Source: Eledone cirrhosa | Taxonomy: Eukaryota | DNA length: 64,000 nucleotides | Assembly: GCA_964016885.1 (NCBI GenBank) | Contig: OZ024742.1 | Span: 238,328,001-238,392,000, forward strand | Reading direction: 5' to 3' | Part shown: positions 29,113-43,232 of the stretch, piece after piece | How the letters are laid out: each line of letters opens with the position of its first letter | Position numbering within the stretch: position 1 is the first letter of the stretch | The notes under the pieces: model-generated | The model's database searches: none | What the model was told of the DNA's origin: nothing | The model's input: the letters and a program-made list of their open reading frames with translations, nothing else | Position numbers and translations under genes: made by a program

Positions 29113-29305
29113 GGGCGGTTGATTGTCAGTATCGGTAGAGGGTCGGACGCCATGCTTTGACGCATAGAGTTACGGCCCTTGCCATTCTGAGTTCAAATCC
29201 CGTCGAGGTTAAATTTTCCTTTCATCCTAACGGGGGTCGATAAAATAAAGTACCAGTTATACACTGGGATAATTGCTGGCCTTGTGCCTATTGTAGAAAT
29301 AATTA
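29113..29305 (+). mobile_element. SINE with TSD-like attatattatagtttaga flanks
   Basis: Consensus match; duplicated flank. Confidence 0.9.
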
Positions 29306-29906
29306 TATTATAGTTTAGATATGACATCGTTTAATCTAAACATTTTGAGAGAGTTTAGAGATACAACATAATTATTTTGGTGTTATTGTTAGCTGTTTGA
29401 CCGGGTCACTAACCCAGTCTATTTATATCTTTTGATACCTTCCTCGCTTCTTTTCATGCGTAGCGGCACCACCACCCCTCTCTTAAGTAGTGAGGGAATA
29501 GTGGCGGTAGCGATGATGTAGTGGTGGCGGTGGTGATGGGACAGCAGTACTATAGGGATGGTGCTGGTTTGTATTTGGCTATATTTTTTGTGGTAGTGGT
29601 GATGGTGATGGTGGCGGCGACGGTGGTGGTGGTGTTGGTGGTGAAGTTATTTGGCTGTTGTTTTCTAGCCATTTTCTTTTCTGACTATAAAATTCCTGGT
29701 ACAAAATTAAATATTAAAATAAATATTAAATATTGGAGCCCTATGCTGTAATGTGATGCGTTGCCACTTCCTGAGAGTTAAGACTGATATCTTACGTTCC
29801 ATTTGTAATAAGAATTATTCTATCACAATTGTTTTAAATATGTAAAAAATCAAAAACTTACGGGAGCGATTCCATAACACTCTATCCAGCATGTGTGTAT
29901 CTTATT

Positions 29907-30063
29907 CCACAATTCGGTTTTTGGCGGACCGAGACGGACACGAGATAAGCGATTCCAAGCGGATGTGTGAGGCCTTTTGCCAGCACTTTACTCGGTTGTT
30001 CGGGGAGAGTGGCGAGTCAGAGAGAGTAGCGGATTTCAGTCCCTACCATGCCGGCTTGCCGCA
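29907..30063 (+). mobile_element. Internal fragment of Tx1-like ORF2
   Basis: TIRFLADRDGHEISDSKRMCEAFCQHF...ADFSPY matches 12081-12237. Confidence 0.85.
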
Positions 30064-30922
30064 CATAATTATTATTATTTTTTATTTTTTATTATTATTA
30101 TTATCGATCTTCTTCTTCTTCTTCTTCTTCTTCTTCTTCTTCTTCTTCTTCTTCTTCTTCTTCTTCTTCTTCTTCTTCTTCTTCTTCTTCTTCTTCTTCT
30201 TCGTGTGACTCTATTATTCAACCGCCATTTCTATCTATTCTCCAGCATCACTCTGTAACTAGCTGTTTTCTGAATTGTCATACAGAGGTCAGGTTATGTA
30301 GTTTAAAATATATCACCCTATGAATATACATATATATATATATATATATGTGTGTGTGTTTTGTCAGTGTGTATCTCTCGCCACTGCTGCTCGTAGGAAC
30401 TACTGTGAACACAGTCCTAAAATTCGGTTCGTTTACAAGAGAACCGAATATTAATAATATTATTATTATATTATTATTATTCACTCACGAATACATTTAT
30501 ATATCCACCATGTTAGAACGGAAACAAATTATATATATATAAACACTATATATATATATATATTATTCACCTGGTGTCCTATATACTTCGTGTATGCATT
30601 TCGTCTATTCGAATGGTTTATTTTATTAAGGAATTCTTTATTTCATATTTCATGATTTGTGATTTGTTTATTTTTTATTGCTTTTTGTTTTGCTTTTGTT
30701 TTTGGTTTTGGTTTTGTTAACAGAAAAATACAAAAGAAGTATGTCAGAGTTAGATGGCAATGAAATCAAATTTGTAATTGATTTATCTGTATATAATTGT
30801 ATGATTGCAAAGGTGGCAATTTATATGTCACAAAATAATTTTAGGAAATATAATGTAGGAGATAAAGGTCTTCTTCTTTGATACACACACACACATGTAG
30901 GAGATAAAGGTCTTCTTCTTTG

Positions 30923-31044
<122 letters not shown>

Positions 31045-32865
31045 CGTAAAATAAGAAAATTATAAAAATTAACTTACTTACTAAAATTTCACTCCAACTA
31101 ATTAGTTTCTGAAAGGGAATAAACATGGTTTCCGAATGGAAAATGGAGAATACCTTTCGTCATCAGGAAGTCAATTCTCAGCTAAGTTCCCAGGCGATGC
31201 GTGGACACAGGGAACTTATACAAAAATAATTCAGTGGATGGAAAAAAGCAAGCGAGGACTAAAATCCAAGACATTGAAAAAATCACTGCCTACTTGGTCG
31301 GTGGCAAATTCAAAAGAATCAATCACGTGACATCGAGGTTAATCAGTGAGGAGTGGGGTGTTAAGAAGACAGTAGCCGGACTATTACTATGAACTATAGT
31401 AGTAGTTTTGGCAAATTTTTGCTCATAAAAATAATTTGGAGATAATTATAAAGAATTAGTATATCTACCAACATATATATACAGATGCATACCTATGCTA
31501 GCAAATATATAGGTTTTGTCTTAGTAACTTTGTGGTTCAATGCAAGGGGATGCAGAACAATTATATGAAAGACGTAAAATAAGAAAATTATAAAAATTAA
31601 CTTACTTACTAAAATTTCTTTCGAATTCTTTATATATATATATATATATATAAGGAAAAAAGATGAAATCGAAAATGCAACTGGAGTCTTTTTTTTTTTA
31701 AATATATTTATTTGGTTTCGCAGTTCTTCTGCTTTTCAAAAGTAGAATTGAGATGGAGGGTTTGTGGTTTTTCTTGCATCTGGTTGGTGTTCGAATGTTA
31801 CATCTGTTTTATATGAAAAAAAGTGACTCGAAATGCTAGGTTTTTAAAAAAGTAATTTGGTTGGTTGATGACTGTCATGTGAATAAGTATAATAAATTTC
31901 GCGCCAGTTCGCGTTACAAAGTTCTTATTATATTTGCCTTTTACATACACACACACATAACACCTATATTCGAAAATAAAAACCAGAGCTAAATAAACCT
32001 TAACATACGTTAATACTCCAACACCTTAACATGCTAACCATACCCCCCACACACACATAACTCCCTCCCCCATTTCTACTAATAGAATCATCTTCCTACA
32101 CACACACACACATACCAACACACAAATACAAATACATATCTCTACTTTCTTTATTTCAATAGAAAGTCTGAATTTTGACACCCCAGCACATCAGCCATAT
32201 TCACTGAACCAGAACAATTCTCCACATCCCTTTTTTCTTGACCATTATCTTTTGTTTGGCACAAAATTCTCTCAATGGCTACAAAAAAATTCCCAAATAC
32301 GGGCGCGAAATTTAATGTACTTGTTCACGTGACAGTCATAATTTCATTTATAACCAATCAAATTACATTTATAAAAATAAAAAAGTTTTGAGCCACTTTT
32401 TTTAAGTAAAGAGAAATTCAAACACAAACTGGCGCGAAAGTTGATGTGCTTATTCACGTGACTGCATCAACCAACCAGATTTCACTTATATATGAAAAAA
32501 CAATCTGACCACTTTTAAATACCGACCGCCACAAGCATATTAGCGCCTGCTTAAGTTGTGCCATATATCCGGTCCGACAGGCACGACCCACGCAAACATA
32601 CACATATACACACACATACGCGCGCACACATACCTTGGCACAACCTTATATACATATATATACACACATACACACACACATATACATACACATATATATA
32701 CACATACACACACATACATACAAAATACACATACGTACACAAAATTACATACACACATACACACACATATATATATATATATATATTTGTATACATATAT
32801 GTGTGTGTATGTATGTGTGTATGTAATTTTGTGTACGTATGTGTATTTTGTATGTATGTGTGTGC

Positions 32866-32931
<66 letters not shown>

Positions 32932-33648
32932 ATGTATAAGTGTGTGTGTAAGTGTGTATATATATGTATATAAGGTTTACGTAGGTATGTGTGTGTATAT
33001 GTGTATGTTTTCGTGGGTCGTGCCTATCGGACCAGATATATGGCGCGACTTAAGCAGGCGCTAATATGCTTGTGGCGGTCGGTATTTAGAAGTGGGTGTG
33101 CCTGGGTCTGTGGAAGAGAGGGAGAGTGTGTGCGTGTGTATATATATATGTGTGGGGGTGTGTGTGTTTACACATGTGTGCGTACATACGTGTATGCACG
33201 CATGTGTTTGTGTCTGCCTGTGTGTGTATATATGTGTGTGTATACGTATGTGTGGGTACAGTACATACTCTGGAGTGTGAACAGACGTGTTAATTACCGA
33301 ACCCAGCATGACTCCATTGAAGTGTGTCGGACGGAAAATGGCTGATGACCCGTGTAGCAGTAAATTGTGACCAGAACTTAAGATGGCGTGGAGTAACAAC
33401 AGCCAACGGCATGACAAGAGTAGAAGAGGTTTTTTGAAGGTGGTTTTTTTAATAAACACCTCAGTGTTAGATATAAGAAATTCACAATCATATTTGTACA
33501 CAGCTATATTCGAAGCTAAATTCTAATTCTAAGTTGAGCCAACTTATACTGCTTCATATGCAAATGAAATTAAACACCTCATTTACACCGACGAAAAAAC
33601 TATACATTTTCGCCTCTTTCAAAGTCCGGTAGGGGTAAGAGTGAAACA

Positions 33649-33690
33649 CCGTCCTGACGAGAACCATTTAATTTCGAAATGCAGCGACGG
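33649..33690 (+). ncRNA. Hammerhead ribozyme motif, U16.1 mutated
   Basis: ccgtc-CTGACGA-gaa ccatttaat ttc-GAAA tgca GC-gacgg. Perfect stem I and palindromic TGCA loop; G replaces the conserved U. Confidence 0.7.
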
Positions 33691-33815
33691 CTGTCCCCCT
33701 CGCTTCTGCTGGACACCGCTCAGCGGCGCTGACCGCCAATGGTATATTCATAGCTATGGCTTTCAGAATATTTATTTATAAACATACCGTATTTCTTTAG
33801 ATATATGAAATTCAC

Positions 33816-33847
<32 letters not shown>

Positions 33848-34473
33848 CTGTGCGTGTGAATGTGTGTGCGTGTGAGTGTTTGTGTGTGTATGTTTGTGTG
33901 TGTGTGTGTGTGTATGAAATCTATATAAAAGGAAACCAAGATTGTTATTCAAATTCAATATTTAATTGCTACAACCCTTTCTATGGTGATAGATGCAGTA
34001 CCTGTACAAAGAATTCATTAATTGGTCAATCAATTGATAATTCATATCGAACAAAATTATTCAGCCTCATATCATCAATGAATATAGATCGATCCATTGA
34101 GCTACTTTAACACATCGAGAAAATACAAAGGCTAACATTCAAATAGCGAAAAGAACACATGGGAAATATTAAAGCAGATGAGTTGTGTAATTAGAGAATA
34201 ACGTATTAATATAAGCATTTTGGAGGCAGTTATAGTGTAAGAAAAGCTGCAGTTAGAGAGGAACTTGAACGGATCTGAAAGTCACTATGGATGGCAAAAA
34301 TAATAACATTTAAAATTACATGTTTTTATGAACATCTTAGCGTAAGGTTCCTATAATAATATTGTCCAATGTAGCAGATTCATCACAACGTTTCTACTAA
34401 CACGGAATTAAATGACAAGAGGAACACTTATAAGGTCATTTTCAGCCTACAAAAGCAAGAACGTGTTGATATA

Positions 34474-35029
34474 CGAACAGGCTTCAAAACGTTCGTGGAA
34501 AAGGTACATAGCTAAAAATCATATGCAGGGATTTTGATCTTTGATCTTAATGCATCTGTACGTTTTCGTACAAACGTGTCTTAACATGTTCTAACATGAA
34601 CCCTGGGATGCATGTTGCAACGCGGTGCCGCCATTTGGAAGTCAGCCCTGCTCAAACAACATGGCCTCCATCAATTCATCAAATTCATGGTGAAGATCGG
34701 GTGGAAGAGCAGCCAAATCATTGATGCTCTGGTGCAAGTTTATGGAGACAATGCTCCAAAGAAATCAACAACCTATAAATGGATAAGTCATTTTAGAAGT
34801 GGAAGAGATGAGGTTGAAGATGATCTCCAGTTGAAGATGTAAAACAAGCTGCTTTGACATGGTTCAAATCCCATGGCTATCAGTTTTACACAGATGGATT
34901 TAAAGGTTGATATCAACTCTTGCAGAAGTGTATTGACCTAGCTGAAGCATATGTTGAAAAATAAACCTCATAACTTAAGCAGTTTTTCCCAACTGTCCTT
35001 TTTCCACGAACATTTTGAAGGCCCCCTCG
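34474..35029 (+). mobile_element. Internally deleted mariner (Hsmar2/irritans-like)
   Basis: TA TSD; ~30-bp TIRs (CGA....CTTCAAAA.GTTCGTGGAAAA). HTH remnant IKFMVKIGWKSSQIIDALVQVYGDNAPKKSTTYKWISHFRSGRDEVEDD and C-terminal QKCIDL...YVEK*. Confidence 0.92.
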
Positions 35030-36585
35030 TATAAACAAAGAAACACCATTAGATTAACTAGCGATGTCGTTAACATAATGTCACTGCATTTACCATAGTG
35101 TCTGCTTTTTACTGTGATCAGTCGAATAGATGTCCATGTTAGAGTCACACAGTTCTCAAATACATCTTACGTCGGCTCTCACCTCGGCAAGAAATCATAT
35201 ACAACTATGCAGATATGATCATGTCGGAGATAGACTAAACAGCAATTAATCCCCGGGGCATAAAAGAACATATAAGCAAAGTGAAGTAGGGGTGAGGTGA
35301 AAATTAGACTATTACTGTACGTCAATCTCCTATTACTAACTTACGTGAAACAGTTTAGCTATTGTTTAAGCCTAATTCTTACCTAATAGATGTAAAAGGC
35401 AGGAGGATTTTTATTAGAACTTACATTAATATGCCGCTCGTTATAATTATTCATCCATATGCCATAATTAGTTCTTTGATAATTATTATTGTTATTATAT
35501 TATCGTGTTTTCAATTACCTTTATATTATTACATTAGATTTAAGATTAACTATACTAGCATGTGTAGTGTGCATATTGATATTATACGCAAATATATATG
35601 CATGTAGATATGATACGTCAAATGAAATCGTAATTGACAATATACACAGAAATTGGACGAATTTTGTGTTACCTTCTCTTCTGTAATCAGTAAAGTAATC
35701 CATGATACATTTAAAAAAGACGATATTATATATAAACTGCATATATACTAAACTAAAATGCTATCAAAACGAAAAAGAAGAAAATTGGCGACGGAAATAT
35801 AAACCATATATAACGATGCAAATATATGAACGTTTATATAAGCGATGTAATAAGTGTTATAATATAACGGACGCTAACCGGAAGTGTTGACATTTGAAAA
35901 TTTAAAGAAGTGAATCTTAAAATAAGCAATACTTTATATATAAGAATATTTATGTTTAATCAAGAGCTACAACATTTAGTAGATAAATTACAGAATATTC
36001 ATTCATTATTTATTCAAAGTAATCCAACTTATTTTACTAATGGAATAAAAAAAATATAAAAAGGACGCTTTCCTGCACTCCTCCCTTTATTATATTATAG
36101 ATAAGTACAAATACGTTCGACGATACCTTATTGTTACATTTAGGATCATTTAAGTTAGATGCAGCATTTACGTTAAAGCTAGATTTTTCTGACGTCATAT
36201 TATGCGAGATTACATTGGAATTTCTGTTTCCATTATTATTGTTCACGTTCTAACGTTCTTATCATTATAACCTGATCTTACTAATGCCTCATTGTAATAT
36301 TGTGCGTATTGATAACAAATAATACTATTAGAAGAAAATCTAGAGATCTTATTAGATACGCTGTTTAGTATGGACTTAAGTATGGGACTAGAATGATTAA
36401 AAAGATTATTAACATAAAAAAGCTATTCACATGGTTTATAAAAGGGCTTGTATTGCCCAGAATTTAGTTCAAAGAACTAGTAAATATCGAATTGCAAAAA
36501 AAATAATTTGCTTTTTTTTTTTGTCTTTAATAAGTATAATGTTATTTTCTGTTTAATAGTAGCAATAATTCTGTCTGATATATTT

Positions 36586-37050
36586 TTCTTTCCTACCTAT
36601 ATCAGACGCAGAGGTGCAGATGAGACAGATAGAAGGGATATTATTGAAGTCAACCTTATGGTCTTTTAAAGTAAACCTAGGGATTTTAGGATTATAGGGT
36701 TTAGTATATTTTTTCAAGATCTAACTTAATGTTTTACCCTCCTTGTTTATTACGTTCAAGTTACTTAACGTAATTTCTTTTGTAATCTTTATTTAATTCG
36801 TTATAGATATATATGTGTTAAAGTCCATACTATAAATATCCTTAGTCCTATCTGACTATTCTGATAAATAATGAAATATTAAGAACATTGAATCTTTAAA
36901 AATAAATGATACGTAAAAGGTTTATAAAATTTAATGATCTAAATTATGCTGATTAAGTCATTTTCAAAATAGTCCAGCAAATCGTTGTGAGGAAGGTTTT
37001 TATAAGTTTTAAATCTATTTTTGTGTGAGGGAAGATTGTCTTTTTGTTGT
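36586..37050 (-). pseudogene. Decayed Penelope-like (PLE) reverse transcriptase N-terminal region; missed by the ORF track
   Basis: Minus strand gives RFKTYKNLPHNDLLDYFENDL ... TKDIYSMD ... PRFT/KDHKVDFNNIPSICLICTSASDIGR. This matches the 'FENDL', 'ADKT..Y.M' and 'LKDHK.NF.N.P..RLI.P..S.IG' motifs of invertebrate PLE RTs. Confidence 0.7.
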
Positions 37051-37119
37051 TTACTACTTTTTTCTGATCGTCCATTTGATGAAAGAGTTTATGCTATTTT
37101 ATATATATATATATACATA

Positions 37120-37630
37120 TAGGGTGGGCCGTACGTCGCGCACCAAAGCATTAAAAACAATTTAGTTTACATATGCATTGTAATGTATTAATAACAAAAA
37201 TTATATTGAAACCATTGCTTATAAATACTTGCCATTGGCAATTTCGTATAGTTCTAGTCGATGTCCAACATCGTTATAGACCCGAGCTAATAAATCATTA
37301 TCTCCGTCAATATGGCGGTGTCCAGCAATAATCCGCTGGCGATGATTATGAACATCTTTTATTTTAATTGAATAAACGATTTGTTTTACGTGGCCCCAAA
37401 AATAAAAATTTATTGGAGACAGGTCGGGTGATCCGGGGTCCCACGTCACTGTGCCTCTGCACCCAATCCAATTTTAGAAGTTTGCATTTAACTCGTTCGT
37501 CAATTGTTAAAGGCATCATAAGTTTGCAACACAAAAAGATGATTGCAATTAAATAAAATGTAAACGATAATTCAGTTCTTTGTTAATACAGTAAATACGT
37601 TAAGACATTTAATACTTTAAGCCCACCTTG
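37120..37630 (-). mobile_element. Internally deleted Tc1/mariner-superfamily element
   Basis: TA-flanked short TIRs ((C/T)A(G/A)GGTGGGC). Remnant WDPGSPDLSPINFYFWGHVK corresponds to the WPPRSPDL motif. Confidence 0.8.
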
Positions 37631-40600
37631 TATATGAGGGTTTTGAATTTGTTTGAAAGAGGAGAGAAATTTACAACACGGTATTTTAGAAGGCTACAGC
37701 ACTGCATGTTGAAAATAAATAACAAATATTTTAAAATGTCACCTTGGTAATATTTAATTAGTCCTTGACATTTCGAGAAAGATCCACTTGTCAAAATCTG
37801 GGTTTGTTTACTATGGTGACATCTGAATTATCATAAATCAGTGTGCTTTCATACACACATTAAATAATCGATAACAACTTCGTCATCTTATCTGGTATAT
37901 TGTATTAAGGATTACTTTAGCCGATATGTTAAGGTATTTCATGATGGTAGTGCAGCTTTGATCATTTAGAAAGGATTAATCTCACCACGATATATTTAAT
38001 TGTAATTAATTGTTTCTGATTTAAGCACAAGGCCATCAGTTTTGATAACGGATTTATCTATGCCACACTGTATACATGCGTGTGTGAGAGAGAGTCTTTA
38101 TGTATGTGTGAGTGTGTGTGTATGTGCGTGTGTATGTGTGTGCGTGTGTATGTGTGTGCGTGAGTGTTTGTGTGTGTATGTGTGTGTGTGCGCGTGTGTG
38201 TGTGTGGTGACTTTCATCGGTTTTGATGACGAGTGTTCCAGATGTTCGTGCATCGGAATTGCTTGCTCATAAAATGATCGTGTAAGAGGCTGAGTATTCC
38301 CCAGACACTTGTACCCTCAGGAAGATTCAGTGTGTGATAGGTCAGGTCCGTTGAATTACAGGTACAACTCGTTTTTCCAGCAAAGTGGACCTGAGCAACG
38401 TGAAATAAAGTGCCTTATTCAAGGACATAATGTTCCGCTAGGTGTCAAACTTATGACCATACTATTCTAATCCGAACACTCTAACGACTAATAATGTTTC
38501 TGCTACAAATTGTTCTTGCAACAAGACGCTGCAATTCATATCGGTTCTGTGCTCAGTAACTCACCGCTTCCTATATGATGTTGTTTGAAGTTCTTCTGGT
38601 CTCGGTGTTAGTGTGTGGGATGCATGATCTTAAAGTCATAGTTTGATTCCTGGACCGGGTGGTACATTGTGTTCTTGAGCAAAATACTTTATTTCATGTT
38701 GATTCTTCTGCCATGGGTTGTGAGCCGTAGATAGAATCACCAATGAAAACAGTGTTTCCTTCGTCAGATATGACGATCAGATCTTTTCCCTTTGAAAGTA
38801 TTGCACCATATCTTCTTTGTTCTTTCCTTTTTCTTCCTTTGTATAAACTATCTAAAAATAACCAGATGGTCATAGATGGAACATTTTTAATAATAGGCTT
38901 TCTCAATCAAAGCTAGCTTGGAATTAAATAGTGGTTTCTAATTTAGATAAATGAATGGGCAATTTGGAGGAAGAGAAAAAGGTCAATTATATCTACCTCA
39001 GTAATTAACTGCTACTTTATTTCATAGAGCCCGGAAAGATAAAGGAAAATGTTGACATAAACGCAAGTGTAGAAAATAGTCGATTAAAGCGATTCCAGTA
39101 CTTGACTGGTACTTTATTTATCGAACTAGGAATGAAGAAAAACAAAGTTGACATCAACGGAACTTGAAATCAGAAAGTGAAAATTCGGAATGAATATTTC
39201 AAAGTATTTTTCGATGTTCTAACAATACTGGCATTCCACCAACCTAACCTGGTATTATATTATTGTCGTTAGACCTCTGTCAATTCCGAACTACAAAACA
39301 GCAGGCTTATACAATTATTGTACAAGTAGCTGAGCTTTCCACAGATAACTATACCCTTAATATAGTTCTCAGAGAGATTCAAAGTACACTGCGTCACAAG
39401 GCCGGCCCTTTGAATTACAGGTACAACTCATTGTTTTCAGCTGGGAGGAGTGCAACAATGTGAAAGAGTATCTTGCTCGAGGACACAGCACACCACTGAG
39501 AATGGAGCTCACCACTTTTCATGCTGGCATGAATTGAACAGTTTATCACTGTCCGAGATCAAACGGGTCGAAGCGACCCATCTTGCTCATATGTTCTATA
39601 TTTGGCTACCTAAACACACTAACCACTAAGTCAATTACTTTTGCGCTTCTAAATAACAACAATACTAACACCAACCAACTCATTTTACACATATTTCAGT
39701 CTATGCTAAGTCAATTTCCATTAAATACTTAACACACAAAAGATGTTCTTTATTCTATGTTAAAAGGCACCAATAAAAAAACAAAACACTCTAGTTCATT
39801 AGATTCACTTGAAGTGCCAACATTTTTATCCAGCTTCCTTCGCCATTAGTTAATTACTATATTTTCTTTGTATTTTTATTTTTTCAGTGTTTTTATTCAT
39901 ATTTTATTTTTTATTTTAGTTTGTTTTGTTTTTTGTATTTTTACATTGCTATTTTGAGTTGTTGTCTTTTTATTTTACTGCCATCAATGCTAAATTATCT
40001 ACTGATCTTTTAAACACAGCGACTCATATATTTTAAATTAACATAAATACTCATATTTTAAGAGGCAGTAACAGGTTTTGAAGTTTAATTTTTCTTGTGG
40101 GTCATTAACATTGTAAGTTAAATGAATTATGTTTATATCCTGCAATTGAAGCATTATTCTACTGTTGAGAATTTACTAATTGTTCTACGGCGATGAATTG
40201 GCAGCGATATTAGACGTCATATTACATACCTCGGTATTTGCTTTTGTTCTCTGTGCTCTGACTTCAAATCCAGCTGAGGTTAACTTTATCTTTCATACCA
40301 TCGGTGATTGATAAATAAAGTCCAGATGCAGCAGATTGGTGAAGTTGCTAAAGAGTATGTCCGGCAGATAGTATTAGCAAAGGCAAGCCCAATTGAAACT
40401 TTGTTTCATTGGTCTGATCTGATGAACAGTGCTTTCCTTTCTAAAATATTTGCTATATGAGTGTAATACTTGCCAGTTCACGAGACACAAATAGGAAAGA
40501 TATTTAGCAGAATTATGATGCATATTATTTTTCTTAATGGTTTTTAGATAAGTGAGGAATAATTAACAAACAAAAACGGACTGGCCATACATGAGTTTGG

Positions 40601-40704
40601 GCCAATGTCCGGCGGACAACTGGACTCGGTAAAGAATAATAGCTGAAAGCTATCACGAAAATCTGAAGTCATAACCGCTGCACAAAGATTGAAACGAAAG
40701 TGAA

Positions 40705-40935
40705 ACATGCATTAGCTGAAAAAAGAAAACACACCTCTGGCCCTCAGCAGTTTATTAGTCAGTACCACCTTAGCTGAGCAAAGAAAAGCTCCAGTTTTCA
40801 GTTGTCAGCAATGTGTTAGTCAGTACTGCTTTAGCTGCGCAGTGGAAACACGTCTCTAGCCCTCAGCTGTCAACAGTTTGTTAGTCAGTGTGACCTCAAC
40901 TGAGCAGTGAAAAAGACCTCCGATCCTCAGTAGTG
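40705..40935. repeat. Diverged ~60-bp tandem repeat
   Basis: Recurring ttagtcagt..c.ttagctg.gca..g.aaa. Confidence 0.6.
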
Positions 40936-42532
40936 TTGCTTGATTTTAAGACCCAGTCTATTTCTGAGGGTATCCTTCATTAAGTATGAAGAATATATTA
41001 TCAGTTTCTAAGTCAATCTGCTCATCACTGAAGAATTAACTCAGAATCTTTAAAATGACATTTGAGGGATGGTAAATTATTAGTTCCCTTCTTCATCCAA
41101 ACTTCTTAACTGCGCAGCAACCCACTTAATGCAGTAAAACCTACTACAACCGTTACTCGCAAACGAGCGTCCACCATGTTTTTGCTAAGAGTTTTATGTA
41201 CCCATGCGAACAGACACAGACACGCCCACAAACCCCGTTCATATACAGGATATATGACAGCTGGAATAATAAAGGGCTGAAGTAGCATTGAACTGGTACT
41301 TTTTAATCGACACCGAATAATGAAAGGCAATGTGATCCTCTGTGGGATTTGAACTCAGAATGCAGAAACCCGACAGAAATATCCCACGCTCTAACGACTC
41401 TGCCAAATCGATTACCTGGTATGGGCAGTAATTATTAAAGTGATAAATTAGAACATATTTTGTGAAAGTAAATCTGTTTAGTTCAAAATATTGATAGATC
41501 CTTCGTCAATTATGACGATGAACATTTAGTTGCTTCATCTACTGAATGTCTAGCCCGTGAATATTATGCAAATTGTTGAGTATTCCATACACATCGTGTG
41601 CCCTTAAGCCAAATCATTGTGACACAATATGTTATAAAGCTGGATTTACAGATACAATCTATCCGATAGGCTTCTAATTTCACTCACAAGTTTTGGGACA
41701 ATCCGATACTATGATAAAAACACTTGCTCAAAGTACCACGCAGATAGATCGAACACGAGATACTATGATTGCGAATCAAACTTCCTAACCATACAGCCAT
41801 GCCTTGTGTCCACAGTCCAACATATTTCACACATATGAAATGTCTTATTTAAGTCTAACATCTAAATGACACACATCCTGTAATATCCAGTTCACAACAA
41901 ACTTCCTGAACTATTTATCCAACTGCTCCTCGTGACCTTTCTATCCATTAGGTGAGCAGTTTAGTCGAGGGGTTAGCAGTTTTTAATCCAATTTGCTCAA
42001 GTTGTACAGAATTAACTCCAAATCATTTAAATGACGATCACATTTCAGATGTGATAAACCACAAATACTTTCTAAGATTTACTAACTAATACCATAATCA
42101 TGCTGGGATGTTTCAAAATCTAAATCACTGATTCCCTGTTCACACAGTAACATTCTCTAGTTAAGCTAGACAGAATATGGATTTTAGGGAGATTAAACTT
42201 CGAACTTCGATTTTCCTGACTTCAGATTTCCTAGGCAACTTTATCGATCAGACTATCAATAGTGTATAAATAATGTCTATGTTTATAATCTTCAAGAGAT
42301 AAGCATTTGACGACTGAGAGGCTTTAAATATTTATTGGAATGTTTAATCTGACAGCAAACTACTGAACTGTTTTATACAGAATTCTACACATATATACAC
42401 ATGCACACACATGTCTGTGCACAAACATACACGCATACACGCACACACACATATGTGTGTGTGCGTGTATACACACACACATACACACGTCAACATCATC
42501 ATATAACGTCCGTTTTTCCTGGTAACAAGGAT

Positions 42533-42579
<47 letters not shown>

Positions 42580-42626
42580 AACAAAAAAACAAAAACAATA
42601 ACGAAGAGTGTAGTACAAACAGTGCT

Positions 42627-42665
<39 letters not shown>

Positions 42666-43169
42666 ATAGAAAAATGTTCAAGACCCCGACGGGGTCTTGA
42701 ACATTTTCCTGTTACCCACTCTACTACCCAAAGTATTGAGTACTCTGGTACGCTATGGCCCACCTGGTTCCTTACCACACTTCCTTCGTTATATATGATA
42801 TATACATATATATATATATATATGTGTGTGTGTGTCTGTGTGTGTGTGCGCGCGCGTGAATATATATATGTATATACATGTATATATGCATATAATATAT
42901 TTATATATATATACATTTATTAAAATAGATTAAATTTTAAGCAAAGAATCGCTGCTTTCACCCTTAACGGGATCTTCTGAAACTAAAAATGTGTGAACGC
43001 AGAAGTAAATATTTCAAAACACGTTGCAACCGGAGTAAGACAGGAAGACGATGCTTTGGTTCGTGGAAACGTTCCCTGGCAAATATTTGCTCTACGGTTC
43101 TTATATATTTGATATATATTTATCCTTATCGAGCCCTCTTTAGATTTTAGTCTTCAAATTTATTATTAT

Positions 43170-43232
<63 letters not shown>

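Noticed and set aside
35300-36500. Short AT-rich ORFs as viral or Maverick genes
   Set aside because: No recognisable motifs. Possibly more decayed PLE sequence, but not supportable.
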